IMG/VR virus record: IMGVR_UViG_3300028417_000005
Span: 1-55,449 of that record
DNA length: 55,449 bases
Origin: a virus
Lineage: Duplodnaviria > Caudoviricetes
Strand: one strand, 5' to 3'
Shown: piece after piece, positions 1 to 8,948 of the stretch
Position numbering within the stretch: the stretch's first letter is position 1
Layout: the number at the start of each line of letters is the position of its first letter
Made by a program: the position numbers and the translations under genes
The notes under the pieces: model-generated
What the model was told of the DNA's origin: nothing
Seen by the model: the letters and a program-made list of their open reading frames with translations, nothing else
Database searches by the model: none

Positions 1-144
1 GGATGCTCTATACCTTCGATAGATAATATAGCATCTTCATCTAATTGCTTAGATAGGCTATTGTATATCATAAAGTACTGTTTCGTGTTGTTCTTTGGTA
101 CTAAAATATTAGTTTTAAGTACATCATTACCAGCCATATAGTCA
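1..144. repeat. Terminal overlap with 55306-55449 (circular assembly signature)
   Basis: 1-144 equals 55306-55449 except for one synonymous mismatch (G at 18 vs T at 55323). The overlap lies inside the RNAP reading frame. Confidence 0.95.
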
Positions 145-386
145 ATTACAGCATAAATCTCTTTTTCTGTTATTTTTGTGTTGTTTTTTAGGCTATCTAG
201 AGTGTAAATCATAATAGCCTGTATAGTAGTTGGTTTTAGTAAAATAATCGTTTTAACAGCTATAGATATAGCTATTTCTTTCGCTGTTTTCTTATCTGTT
301 TTCAATAGATCGGATATAGCATCTACATCCTTACCCATCAACATATCTTCTAACATCTTTTTAATATTATTTTTTACCGTTTTCAT
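1..386 (-). CDS. N-terminal part of the single-subunit RNA polymerase, continuing across the junction into 53904-55449
   Basis: ATG at 386 follows an AAGGGA RBS. The open frame MKTVKNNIKKMLED... runs 83 codons to the ATG at 137, which corresponds to 55442. Total length is about 595 aa. Confidence 0.85.
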   Translation of the reverse strand, partial: MKTVKNNIKKMLEDMLMGKDVDAISDLLKTDKKTAKEIAISIAVKTIILLKPTTIQAIMIYTLDSLKNNTKITEKEIYAVIDYMAGNDVLKTNILVPKNNTKQYFMIYNSLSKQLDEDAILSIEGIEH

Positions 387-478
387 AATTTTCCCTTATG
401 ATTTATGCACTATATTAATAGTGCTATTTTTATGTGTTTTCACATAACTAATTAACTACTAACCTACCACAGATAAAA

Positions 479-1756
479 CTATTTTATATCATAAATATAC
501 TTATCTATATCTATGATATTTTTATAGCTCATTGTAGCTTTATCACATATGATAAAACTCTTTGGTTCTGTCATAGTTGGTATTACTACATAGTTTATTT
601 TATTGCTATATAGTAATACTTTCATAACAGTATTTATGCTGATACATTTTTTAAGATATACAATCTTTTTTCTATCTATTTTTAGTCTTAAAATGTATCT
701 AGCATTTTCCATTTCTCTATTGTTGCCTGAGAAGTGGAAAAGCTCTAAATATGAGATTATCTTTTTATAGTCATTTGACCATATGAAATAATTATTTCTC
801 TTATTTAATCTATCATCTGAGCCAACAATTTCTCGTTTGCTCAATATCGCATATTGTTTATCAGATCCAAGTTTAACTACATAGTCAATCTTTGGTTCTT
901 TATCTAAGATATATGATACATCGTCTATAAATAGGGGTGTATTTGATATATCTAGTACTCTATTTTCTATCTTTATGTTTCTTAGTATAGGTAACATAGT
1001 TTTAGATAGAGGTATGTGGTTTATCTCATTTGTTATTCTTTTGATAACATCTTTTACTAGCCCATCTAGTGTATTATCAAGTACACATATAAAACCATCT
1101 TTGTGAATAAATGGTTTATGTAGATGAACAAAACATCTAAGGTTTTTATTTAGGTTTAGCTTTTGGTTAAACCTAAAACTTGATGAATTGTATGGAGCCA
1201 CATTAATGCTTGTGGTTCTATCTTCAACATCATCTATTATGATGTATTTAAGAGATGGTTTCTCTTTTTGATTTAGATACTTATTCCATTTAGGATAGTA
1301 TTTAGATAAGTATATAAAACCATCTTGATTTGGTTCTAAATCTTTTAATGTTTTATACACTAAGAGTTCTTTTTCTCTTAGTATTTGTGATAGTATTTCT
1401 ATCTGTGCTAATAGATAGCTTTCTTGTCTGTCACCAACAAGAAAATCTACTATTATTTTTACTATTTTATGTACATAGTTTCTGTTATGTTTTAACAGGT
1501 TAGATGAAGTAAATAAATACTTGTTAAAGATGGTACTCTTAAGTCTATCTATTTTGATAGATAAGCCAAAATATCCCATCTCTTTGATGGAGTACTTTTT
1601 GTTGTTAATAACTATAGCATTTCTGCTTATTAGTATGTCTGTTTTATTGATATTTTGTACATCTTTTTTATGTACAAAATGTGTAGTGTTTGAGCTCTTG
1701 AGAGCCACTGCTAAGTTTACTAGGTTTTTCGGTGTGAAATTGTTTATGTATATCAT
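479..1756 (-). CDS. Hypothetical early protein, 425 aa, basic
   Basis: Long ORF with AAAGGA RBS; no motif recognised. Confidence 0.75.
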   Translation of the reverse strand: MIYINNFTPKNLVNLAVALKSSNTTHFVHKKDVQNINKTDILISRNAIVINNKKYSIKEMGYFGLSIKIDRLKSTIFNKYLFTSSNLLKHNRNYVHKIVKIIVDFLVGDRQESYLLAQIEILSQILREKELLVYKTLKDLEPNQDGFIYLSKYYPKWNKYLNQKEKPSLKYIIIDDVEDRTTSINVAPYNSSSFRFNQKLNLNKNLRCFVHLHKPFIHKDGFICVLDNTLDGLVKDVIKRITNEINHIPLSKTMLPILRNIKIENRVLDISNTPLFIDDVSYILDKEPKIDYVVKLGSDKQYAILSKREIVGSDDRLNKRNNYFIWSNDYKKIISYLELFHFSGNNREMENARYILRLKIDRKKIVYLKKCISINTVMKVLLYSNKINYVVIPTMTEPKSFIICDKATMSYKNIIDIDKYIYDIK

Positions 1757-1888
1757 AATATTTCCTTTGTGTAATTACATAAATTTAGTAGTTATGTAAT
1801 GGATTTAAATGTAACTAATGTTACAACGAAGTTTAAAAAAAAACAATACCAACTACAAAGGCTAGAGCCCGTGTAGAAGGTAGTTACA

Positions 1889-2074
1889 CTAGTCTAAAGA
1901 GATCTTGCGATCTTCTTTAGATTTTATTGTTGCACGAAGCTTCTTGCTCTTTAAGAAAGATACAAGATCTTCCATATCAACACCTTTAGCAGGGTTAACA
2001 AAACAGATGAGATCACCTGCTTTGTTCTCTACTGTTATGTAGTTTGTGTTTTCTGTTGAAGTTGTGTATGCCAT
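1889..2074 (-). CDS. Small early protein, 61 aa
   Basis: AAGGAAAC RBS directly upstream of the ATG; isolated by intergenic DNA on both sides. Confidence 0.7.
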   Translation of the reverse strand: MAYTTSTENTNYITVENKAGDLICFVNPAKGVDMEDLVSFLKSKKLRATIKSKEDRKISLD

Positions 2075-2401
2075 AATGTTTCCTTATATATTGAAAGTGA
2101 AGATTTAAATAAGATATAGTTATCTCAACTTGAATTTTAGCTCACTTGAGCAACTGAATTTGAACACCAATTTACAACAAAAACAGTAGCTCACTAGCTA
2201 AACTAATTACCACAGCTAAACACCTACTACAGGGCTCATAGCTACCTTGTATAGATGTTTTTGTTGCTCACTAGCTTTAGTATTACTTGTAGCCAGAAGT
2301 GCTCTTATAAGCAAGGTTATGAACACTAGACTGTCTGGCACTAAAAAAAACAAATAAAGAACCAGATAAGACATTTGTCTTATCTTTTGGTTCTAAATCT
2401 A

Positions 2402-4432
2402 TTAAACTAACATCTCAAACTTGTATCCTAGATGATCATTAGAGATCAATCTAGCTTTTTGGTTCTCTAGCTTGAACTTTAGAACCAAACTTAATGGCAC
2501 ATATGCCAAAGAACCAATATAGACTACCGTGGTTCTCTCTTCTATAATATCTTTATAGATAGGCATAGAAGCTAATGCTTCTGATATGGCTATCATATCA
2601 CCTCTCTCTTCCATATCAGATTTATAGTTAACTTTTATCTCGTACTCTGGTATAGAGTTAACACCATCTCTAACAGAGATGAACTCACCATCCATTACGA
2701 TGAGTTTGAACCCACTTTCCTTGGTTATTATCTTATGTATGTCTTTAACATACATATCAACTACTATGTAGTCTTTTCCTTTGTATGCCTCCTTTAAATT
2801 ACCTACATAGTCATTTAGCACGAAGTCACTATCTGCTTTCTTCATAGACGCAATATCTATGAAATAGTACTTACCACCAATCTTGTATCCAACTCTCTCT
2901 CTGAATACAATTGGATTATCTAAATCCACTATCATTGACAATATGTCAATTTTGAATTCTATATACTTTTTTGTCAACGAAGTGTCATACTCCCACTCAT
3001 AATTATATTTGCAACCATCAAAGACATACTTTTGTATGCCATTAGGAGTTTTAACTAAAGCAATCTCCTCTCCAAATGTGATTGCTTTTACTTCCCAGTT
3101 CTCCTCAATAACCTTAGTCAATATATCTTCTGTAATTTCGTGATTTGCATCCCAAAAGCTACAGAACCCAAACTCATTGGTTCTTTCTAAGACAATCTCT
3201 GTTACTCTCTTGTGGTTCTCATCTATTAGTTTATTTATAGATGATACATCATTCTCTAGTAGTCGCAGATACGCTCTTATAGCGTGTATTTTCTTATACT
3301 CTTTACTATTGTTTATGGCAATGATTGCATCCTTAGAACCAGATGCAAACTTGTTATATTTAACAGCATCTTGCCATTGATGTGTAGCTCCTTTGTCCCA
3401 ACTATCTATAACCCTTAGGTTATTATCTATGACATATTGAACATAATGTTCAACCCTGTCATCATTGGAACCAATCAGATTAATGGTCTGCTCTTTTTCA
3501 GCAAACTCTTCTGCAAAGAAGTCTTCTACCTCGTCGCAGAAGATCCCTTCTAGGCTAGTAACTCTAGCCGTAAAGCCAGAGTTGTGTATGAACACTATAT
3601 GTTCATCGTCTATTAAACCTTTAAGCTCATTTAAATTGAGACTAGGATCCCACTTCTGTGGATCTCCCTTCTTTGCTACTACATTAATACAGTAGTTGTT
3701 TTGGATCTCATCGAACCAAACAGCATAATATATGTCTGGCGTATCTGTTGTGTTAATAGCCTCCCTCCAATTCCTCTTGAAAGATTTAAAGCATACCATT
3801 TCTGTTATGCCTCTATCTTTGTTATCAGAGATACACTCTCTGATAATATCTATATCTTTATACCTCTCACTTCTGTTGTGAGCCACAATAGGCTCTAATA
3901 GTGTTTCTATGTACCGTATGCTACCTAGTACACTTCTGTCCCTTAGCACTTCAATGACATCTTTTAAGACATCATCGAAATACCTCCCAGCAGTTTGTGA
4001 CTCTTGCACAAACTTAATCAACAGCTCTGACAGCTCTACTATCTTGGCTGTCATTTTCTCCTTTAACGCCTCTTTGTCCCCACCAACATCGTGGGTTCCT
4101 ACATAGCGAGCTATGTCGAATAGCTCATAGTGTAATGGTATCCCTTCCAAAGAGAAGACATACTCTGCTACTAGGTGGCAAGCACCTAGCAACTCCTTGT
4201 CTTGATGATGATCAAACATCATCCTACTTGGATCATAGACGCCTCCTACATCTACTATTATATCAACCCCAAATATGATCCCCTCATCTCTGGTTCTTAC
4301 TATCGTGTAGTCTTTAACTACACCTCCCATATCTAGAAGTGCTATTGCTAGCACCTCATCACAATGGTATCCACCACTGTGTGTTGCTACTGTTGTTTTT
4401 GTACTACTTGAGTTTAAATTTACTACTGACAT
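2402..4432 (-). CDS. MYG1 (UPF0160)-family hydrolase/exonuclease with a long C-terminal extension
   Basis: Motifs THSGGYHCDEVLA, IVRTRD, DVGGVYDP..FDHHQ and FIHNSGF are typical of MYG1. Start moved to the ATG at 4432, which has an AGGAG RBS. Confidence 0.8.
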   Translation of the reverse strand: MSVVNLNSSSTKTTVATHSGGYHCDEVLAIALLDMGGVVKDYTIVRTRDEGIIFGVDIIVDVGGVYDPSRMMFDHHQDKELLGACHLVAEYVFSLEGIPLHYELFDIARYVGTHDVGGDKEALKEKMTAKIVELSELLIKFVQESQTAGRYFDDVLKDVIEVLRDRSVLGSIRYIETLLEPIVAHNRSERYKDIDIIRECISDNKDRGITEMVCFKSFKRNWREAINTTDTPDIYYAVWFDEIQNNYCINVVAKKGDPQKWDPSLNLNELKGLIDDEHIVFIHNSGFTARVTSLEGIFCDEVEDFFAEEFAEKEQTINLIGSNDDRVEHYVQYVIDNNLRVIDSWDKGATHQWQDAVKYNKFASGSKDAIIAINNSKEYKKIHAIRAYLRLLENDVSSINKLIDENHKRVTEIVLERTNEFGFCSFWDANHEITEDILTKVIEENWEVKAITFGEEIALVKTPNGIQKYVFDGCKYNYEWEYDTSLTKKYIEFKIDILSMIVDLDNPIVFRERVGYKIGGKYYFIDIASMKKADSDFVLNDYVGNLKEAYKGKDYIVVDMYVKDIHKIITKESGFKLIVMDGEFISVRDGVNSIPEYEIKVNYKSDMEERGDMIAISEALASMPIYKDIIEERTTVVYIGSLAYVPLSLVLKFKLENQKARLISNDHLGYKFEMLV

Positions 4433-4650
4433 AATTTCTCCTATGTCGTAAGATAAGTAATCATACTCATCTGGTTCTATATCCTGTCTATGCATATCAG
4501 GCGCAGCATTACATACAAGGAGAACCACCATTGGTTCTAATAGTTATGTAGTTTAGTGTATATCCCTCTATATGCCTATCATATAGAGCTATACATATAT
4601 AAACACTACTAGTAATGCTTGTATATGTATAGGATGGAGCAAGTGTGGCA

Positions 4651-5049
4651 CTAGCCACTACACCTCCTTTCAATATTATTCAGTTCTATATCATATGATG
4701 AAAACTCTTTAGTTATTTTGTTATAAGCCATTAGCTCATAAGCAATTAATAGATCCCAGCCTATTAATTGCTTGTCAAGTATTGCCCAATACTTGACATC
4801 TCTTGTTATATTTAATGTATAACCAAACGCTTCCGCGTGGTCTACTTCCATTCCAGACCAAGTGCATCTGTATATTATTATATCATCTGATATAGATGAT
4901 ATCGTATTGTTTAATACAATACGATCCTTTGGAAGACCGTGATGGTCTTCCTTCCATAATTCTATTATATTGTTGAAAATATCTCCAACAATATAGCCTT
5001 CATAAACTTTAAGTATTTTGTTTATTGTTTCTAAGTTAATTTGTTTCAT
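4651..5049 (-). CDS. Hypothetical early protein
   Basis: ORF track 4651..5061; a GGAG RBS favours the ATG at 5049. Confidence 0.6.
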   Translation of the reverse strand: MKQINLETINKILKVYEGYIVGDIFNNIIELWKEDHHGLPKDRIVLNNTISSISDDIIIYRCTWSGMEVDHAEAFGYTLNITRDVKYWAILDKQLIGWDLLIAYELMAYNKITKEFSSYDIELNNIERRCSG

Positions 5050-5365
5050 AATTATCTCCATTATGATTAACTAAGAACTAATGTTGGTTCTTAGTTGGTA
5101 CTGATAGCTATTAGCATAGCCAACTTGAGTTGTTAAGTTGCATTACAGCAACCACATATATATACCTACCAATGTAGATATGTATATATGGTTAATAGGG
5201 ACCAAAGATATATAACCTTTGGTCCCTATGTAATCACTATAAGCTAATCATAGCTATAGTGATTACAATAAATATCATACTACTCATAGTCAACTCCTTT
5301 GTTTTAATTTAAGAACCAAAGATCACCACAACCTTTGGCTCTTATCTTGTCTAGCTCACTAGGAC

Positions 5366-5437
5366 CTAAAGCCCTAGTTGCGCCAACAACTTGATGATCT
5401 CGTCTGTGAGATCATCTTCTATGATAATCGTGCTCAT
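5366..5437 (-). CDS. Putative 23-aa peptide MSTIIIEDDLTDEIIKLLAQLGL
   Basis: Strong AAGGAG RBS upstream of the ATG. Confidence 0.4.
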   Translation of the reverse strand: MSTIIIEDDLTDEIIKLLAQLGL

Positions 5438-5600
5438 AGTCTATCTCCTTCCTAAGTCTCTCCTCAGTCCAGCCTGTGTGGTAGGTACAGGTGACCTGCG
5501 AACCGATACAAGCAAGCGCGAAAGCATCCGCGAAAGCAACAAAGGCGAAGCCAAGCAAAGGAAGCCCCAAGAGCCCAGCAACAAAGCATTGAAGAAACAA
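5412..5600 (-). CDS. Possible small membrane protein in the A-poor island
   Basis: TTG start and hydrophobic N-terminal half; may be a compositional artefact. Confidence 0.35.
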   Translation of the reverse strand: MFLQCFVAGLLGLPLLGFAFVAFADAFALACIGSQVTCTYHTGWTEERLRKEIDYEHDYHRR

Positions 5601-5618
5601 ACGAGGCTACGCCTCGTT
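5600..5618 (-). terminator. Perfect 8-bp hairpin AACGAGGC-GTA-GCCTCGTT followed by a U-rich run on -
   Basis: Inverted repeat overlapping the stop codon of the 5607-5831 ORF. Confidence 0.4.
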
Positions 5619-5831
5619 AATTTCCTTCAACGCATCCGAGACCTCCGAGCGCACAGAGCGCACGAATCGAACCGAGCCGACAACCCCGCCAACGACCGAA
5701 GCCGTGGCAGACGAATCCGAAGGACCAGCGAACAAGCCGCCGAACCAAACAACAAGATACCAGACAGCCGAGCAGACAAGCGCCAAAGGCACAACGAACA
5801 ACAATAAAAGAGCAACAAAGAAATCCTTCAC
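5607..5831 (-). CDS. 74-aa membrane protein built from A-poor codons (MKDFFVALLLLFVVPLALVCSAVWYLVVWFGG...)
   Basis: GGGAGG RBS before the GTG at 5831. The few A residues fall in the RBS, the start region and a few K/D/E/I/N/Y/T codons, consistent with a real gene. Confidence 0.6.
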   Translation of the reverse strand: MKDFFVALLLLFVVPLALVCSAVWYLVVWFGGLFAGPSDSSATASVVGGVVGSVRFVRSVRSEVSDALKEINEA

Positions 5832-5968
5832 AGGAGACCTCCCAAAAGAAACAAGGCGAAACAACAGCCAAGCGCGAAGACCCAAGCCAAGCCGAAGCAA
5901 GGCGACAACGAACACCAAAGGAGCGAAGGAACCAACGGGAAGAAGGAACCAACACACCAAGCACAGTA

Positions 5969-5993
5969 GCGGAAAATGCGAAGCAATTTCCGC
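5969..5993 (-). promoter_or_regulatory. Candidate N4-type virion-RNAP hairpin promoter (template = + strand, leftward transcription)
   Basis: GCGGAAAATGC-GAA-GCAATTTCCGC contains a GC-GAA-GC triloop, with a C 11 nt 5' of the loop centre (5970) as in N4 early promoters. Confidence 0.5.
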
Positions 5994-6061
5994 AACGAGA
6001 AAAAACACAAGACAAGGGGAGGGGGAACCAAAAGACGGGGACAAAAAGACAGGCTAATACC

Positions 6062-6135
6062 TTCATACAAAATTATTATTATTATTTTCATACAAAATTA
6101 TTATTATTACCTTCATACAAAAACTTCATACAAAA
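6062..6135. repeat. Four direct repeats of TTCATACAAAA with (TTA)n spacers
   Basis: Copies at 6062, 6087, 6112 and 6125, at the point where gene polarity switches. Confidence 0.85.
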
Positions 6136-6269
6136 TTACACTCACACAACCCACACTATTGCTTATTTAGAACCACACATAGCTATGTTGATCTAGTTGT
6201 TTTGATTTGTTAATTGATTGTTTTGTTGATTATTTTGTTAAGAAGGTAGTAGTTTAAGATTCTTTTAAT

Positions 6270-7145
6270 CACCATACTGGTACAATTCTAACTTGTACCA
6301 GCAACACAAACTGGTGATAGTGGCTTCAAGGTAAGTGTTTAATCTTATCTTGAAGCCTCTTGAATACTTAAACTTCTAGCGATATTATATCGTTTTTAGT
6401 TTAATTATTCAAGGGCAAGTAGATTTTATCTACTATTCACTATCAATGAATTGTGCACACGATTGTAGTAGCTGATTATACGAGTTCTAAACTGCTAACA
6501 CTTAGGTGTTATTATGAAGCTTACTATGAGTAAAGTGGAGTCCTTAAGTAGGTAGAAATACCGAAAGAGAGGTGGTTAATAGCCACTGGGTAGGCGATAC
6601 GATGTAAGCAGATATGTTTACATTAGTTACCGTCGTGTTGGTTGATTATAACTCGCTAGTTTGTGCTAGAAAAGCAGAACCAACGAAGGAATGAGAGTGC
6701 CATACATCAATCATAATATTTGATCTGTATAGGCTATGTGTCTCCGTACGACCGCATATAGTAATAGTTTAACTTAGTACTCTTGATCAGATATGATCCA
6801 ATCTTCTCCTATACTTTTTAAACCTACACTCTAATAAGGGTGAAGGTCTATCTGCTCTTTAGTAGTAAATAGATTAGAACCACAACCAACAGATATCAAG
6901 TAGATATATCTTTCATCTCTCCCTCGTAACCTACTCAGCTCCGTCAGGGGCTGAGTGCAACTTAAGCTAACACTAGTTAACCCCATACCACCCACCCACT
7001 CCGTGGGGGGTATGTTGTATCACTAGCTTTTACTTATTTTTACTTTTATCTAGTTTGTTTGGTTCAAGGGAGGAACCAAACAAAGGTGTTGTGTTCACTA
7101 GTGTGAGCTTAGGTGCAATTAGGGGTTGACACCCCTAATTGGGGT
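6270..7145. other. Non-coding region dense in stem-loops
   Basis: No ORF of 60 aa or more. Inverted repeats near 6278-6301, 6322-6357, 6496-6511, 6551-6562 (GGTA-GAAA-TACC), 6934-6956, 7055-7084 and 7118-7140. Confidence 0.7.
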
Positions 7146-7195
7146 TCTTATTAAGTTTGTTTATGCTAAACTAATATATATCAAAAGGAGATATA

Positions 7196-8194
7196 TTGAA
7201 AAGATCTGAACAAAAAAGGATTGCTAATGCTATACCATTAGTTAATGCTTTAAGGTATTATTTATTACAAGATCCAAGTGATCCAAATAGAGATAGTTTA
7301 TCTCATATATATAAGATGTTTGGATGTACTCGTAGATCATTAGAGGAGTTATCTGCTTTTTGTAGTAGGTGTACAGATAACTTAGATAGTTTACTTGACT
7401 CACTTAGTAAGTATGAAGATATATATTTAGATGAAACTTTACATAAGAATCAAAGTAGTATGATTAAGTACCTGTTAAATAGATCTGAAGCTAATGGTGA
7501 TTGTGGTTCTTTTAAAATATTTATTAAAACAGATAGTGACCCAAGTGGTAAGTATTATGAATTTAGTGATAAAAGACAAAATTGTCATCTTGTTGTTAAG
7601 AGATTGAACCAAGATAATTTCCCACTTGAGATTATATCTGATACGCACTTTGATGATCCAGATCATATACCTAGGATTGATAAGAATACAAATAAGTTAA
7701 TTAGACTAGCTAAGTTCAAATGCCCAAGGTGCAATGTTATTAAAGAGTTGAGGTTATATAAATCACAACATCCTAAGTTTAGCACCTGTAATAAGTGTCA
7801 CTATGCTATTAGTGATAATGAAATAGAGAGATATAACCTAAATGATATATATGTTAAATATGCTAAGACTAGGGATATTAGATTAGGTATTGTTGGTTCA
7901 TCTATTACTAGTGATCCAGCATATAACAATTGTCATACTCTCTGTTGGTTCTCATATGTTTATGATCTATCTAAATATAATTTACACCCAGATGATAAAT
8001 GTAGAGAGGAGTTTGATAACAATATAGTTAATCTTTACACATCTGATAAGATAGATGACATTAGTAAGCTTAGTTGCTATATACTTGATGGGATATCAGA
8101 TGATGTGTGTAGAGCCAATGTTAACATAACCAAGTATGCATTTGATCTTCTTGTTAGTAGGAATGTATTACCTAGTAGATTAAATGTGGTATAA
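7196..8194 (+). CDS. Hypothetical protein with a CxxC..CxxC zinc ribbon
   Basis: AAAAGGAG RBS, TTG start, CPRC...CNKC; upstream TGcTAAACT extended -10-like box. Confidence 0.7.
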   Translation: MKRSEQKRIANAIPLVNALRYYLLQDPSDPNRDSLSHIYKMFGCTRRSLEELSAFCSRCTDNLDSLLDSLSKYEDIYLDETLHKNQSSMIKYLLNRSEANGDCGSFKIFIKTDSDPSGKYYEFSDKRQNCHLVVKRLNQDNFPLEIISDTHFDDPDHIPRIDKNTNKLIRLAKFKCPRCNVIKELRLYKSQHPKFSTCNKCHYAISDNEIERYNLNDIYVKYAKTRDIRLGIVGSSITSDPAYNNCHTLCWFSYVYDLSKYNLHPDDKCREEFDNNIVNLYTSDKIDDISKLSCYILDGISDDVCRANVNITKYAFDLLVSRNVLPSRLNVV

Positions 8195-8195
8195 T
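8187..8195 (+). promoter_or_regulatory. Extended -10 promoter element (TGgTATAAT)
   Basis: Lies 6 nt upstream of the ATG at 8202, suggesting a leaderless or short-leader transcript. Confidence 0.4.
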
Positions 8196-8201
8196 AACTA
8201 A

Positions 8202-8948
8202 ATGAAAAATATAGGTAATATGATAATTAATGATACATCTAATAGAGAAGATCTAACAGAAGATGATGTTAAGCGACTATTAGATGATAAGAAAGCTATA
8301 GTAACAAAAGATACACTTAAGCATATAAACAGTACAAACCAAGATCCACTCTTCTCAGACATATCATTTAGGAATGTGTTAATTGATTTCTCTGGCATTA
8401 GGAAAAAGAAGTCATCTAGTGTTATAGAGTATGTTAATGCCGTGAAGTATGTGGCTCTTATAGAGAGTAGGGTTAGTAAGTTTAATGCATACACCAGAGT
8501 GTTTGACTATAGGGAAATAGTTAAATATGGACTTCGTGATGGAAAAGGTAGTGATAACTGGGATAAGCTAGTTAAGTCATCTAATAGGTACGCTAACAAC
8601 CCACTAGTTGTAGAGATAATGAAAGCCAGTGACACTCCTCTTAGTATACTATACCAAGGTACAAGACATACTGCTGTAGAGGTGCTAGAAGATGAGATGC
8701 TTAATGCCAGCTCGTCTAGAGATAGAATTGAAGCTGCGAAAACTATACTTAAAGAGATACCAGCTCATATACAAGAGAAGGTTGAAGATAGTAGTGCATC
8801 TAATCAGGTTATAAATAATATACAGTTTATAAATCAACAACTATATCATAATGCAGAGAATCAACTCAAGATGCTTGAGAAAGGGTTTAATATTGAAGAG
8901 ATACAGAAATTGAATATAACCACTGAGAATAAGGCAATTGATGAGTAG
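8202..8948 (+). CDS. N4 gp69-like protein / putative terminase small subunit
   Basis: Directly upstream of terL; EYVNAVKYV..AYTRVF..AVEVL..M..A.S..R.EAA pattern resembles the N4-like homologue. Confidence 0.6.
   Translation: MKNIGNMIINDTSNREDLTEDDVKRLLDDKKAIVTKDTLKHINSTNQDPLFSDISFRNVLIDFSGIRKKKSSSVIEYVNAVKYVALIESRVSKFNAYTRVFDYREIVKYGLRDGKGSDNWDKLVKSSNRYANNPLVVEIMKASDTPLSILYQGTRHTAVEVLEDEMLNASSSRDRIEAAKTILKEIPAHIQEKVEDSSASNQVINNIQFINQQLYHNAENQLKMLEKGFNIEEIQKLNITTENKAIDE

Larger units (their letters stand above)
5500..6054. other. GC-rich island with extreme strand asymmetry (T-poor on +, A-poor on -)
   Basis: About 15 T in 5641-6054 on + by hand count, and none in 5881-5940, in an otherwise strongly AT-rich genome. 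Confidence 0.95.

Noticed and set aside
1-144. Biological direct terminal repeat
   Set aside because: It falls in the middle of the RNAP gene and its length fits an assembler k-mer overlap. Real termini are more likely near 6.0-7.1 kb.
5391-6057. + strand ORFs 5391..5807 and 5704..6057, and the alternative long - strand frames
   Set aside because: Lack of T on + (A on -) removes stop codons in all frames. Only the RBS-supported - strand ORFs were kept.
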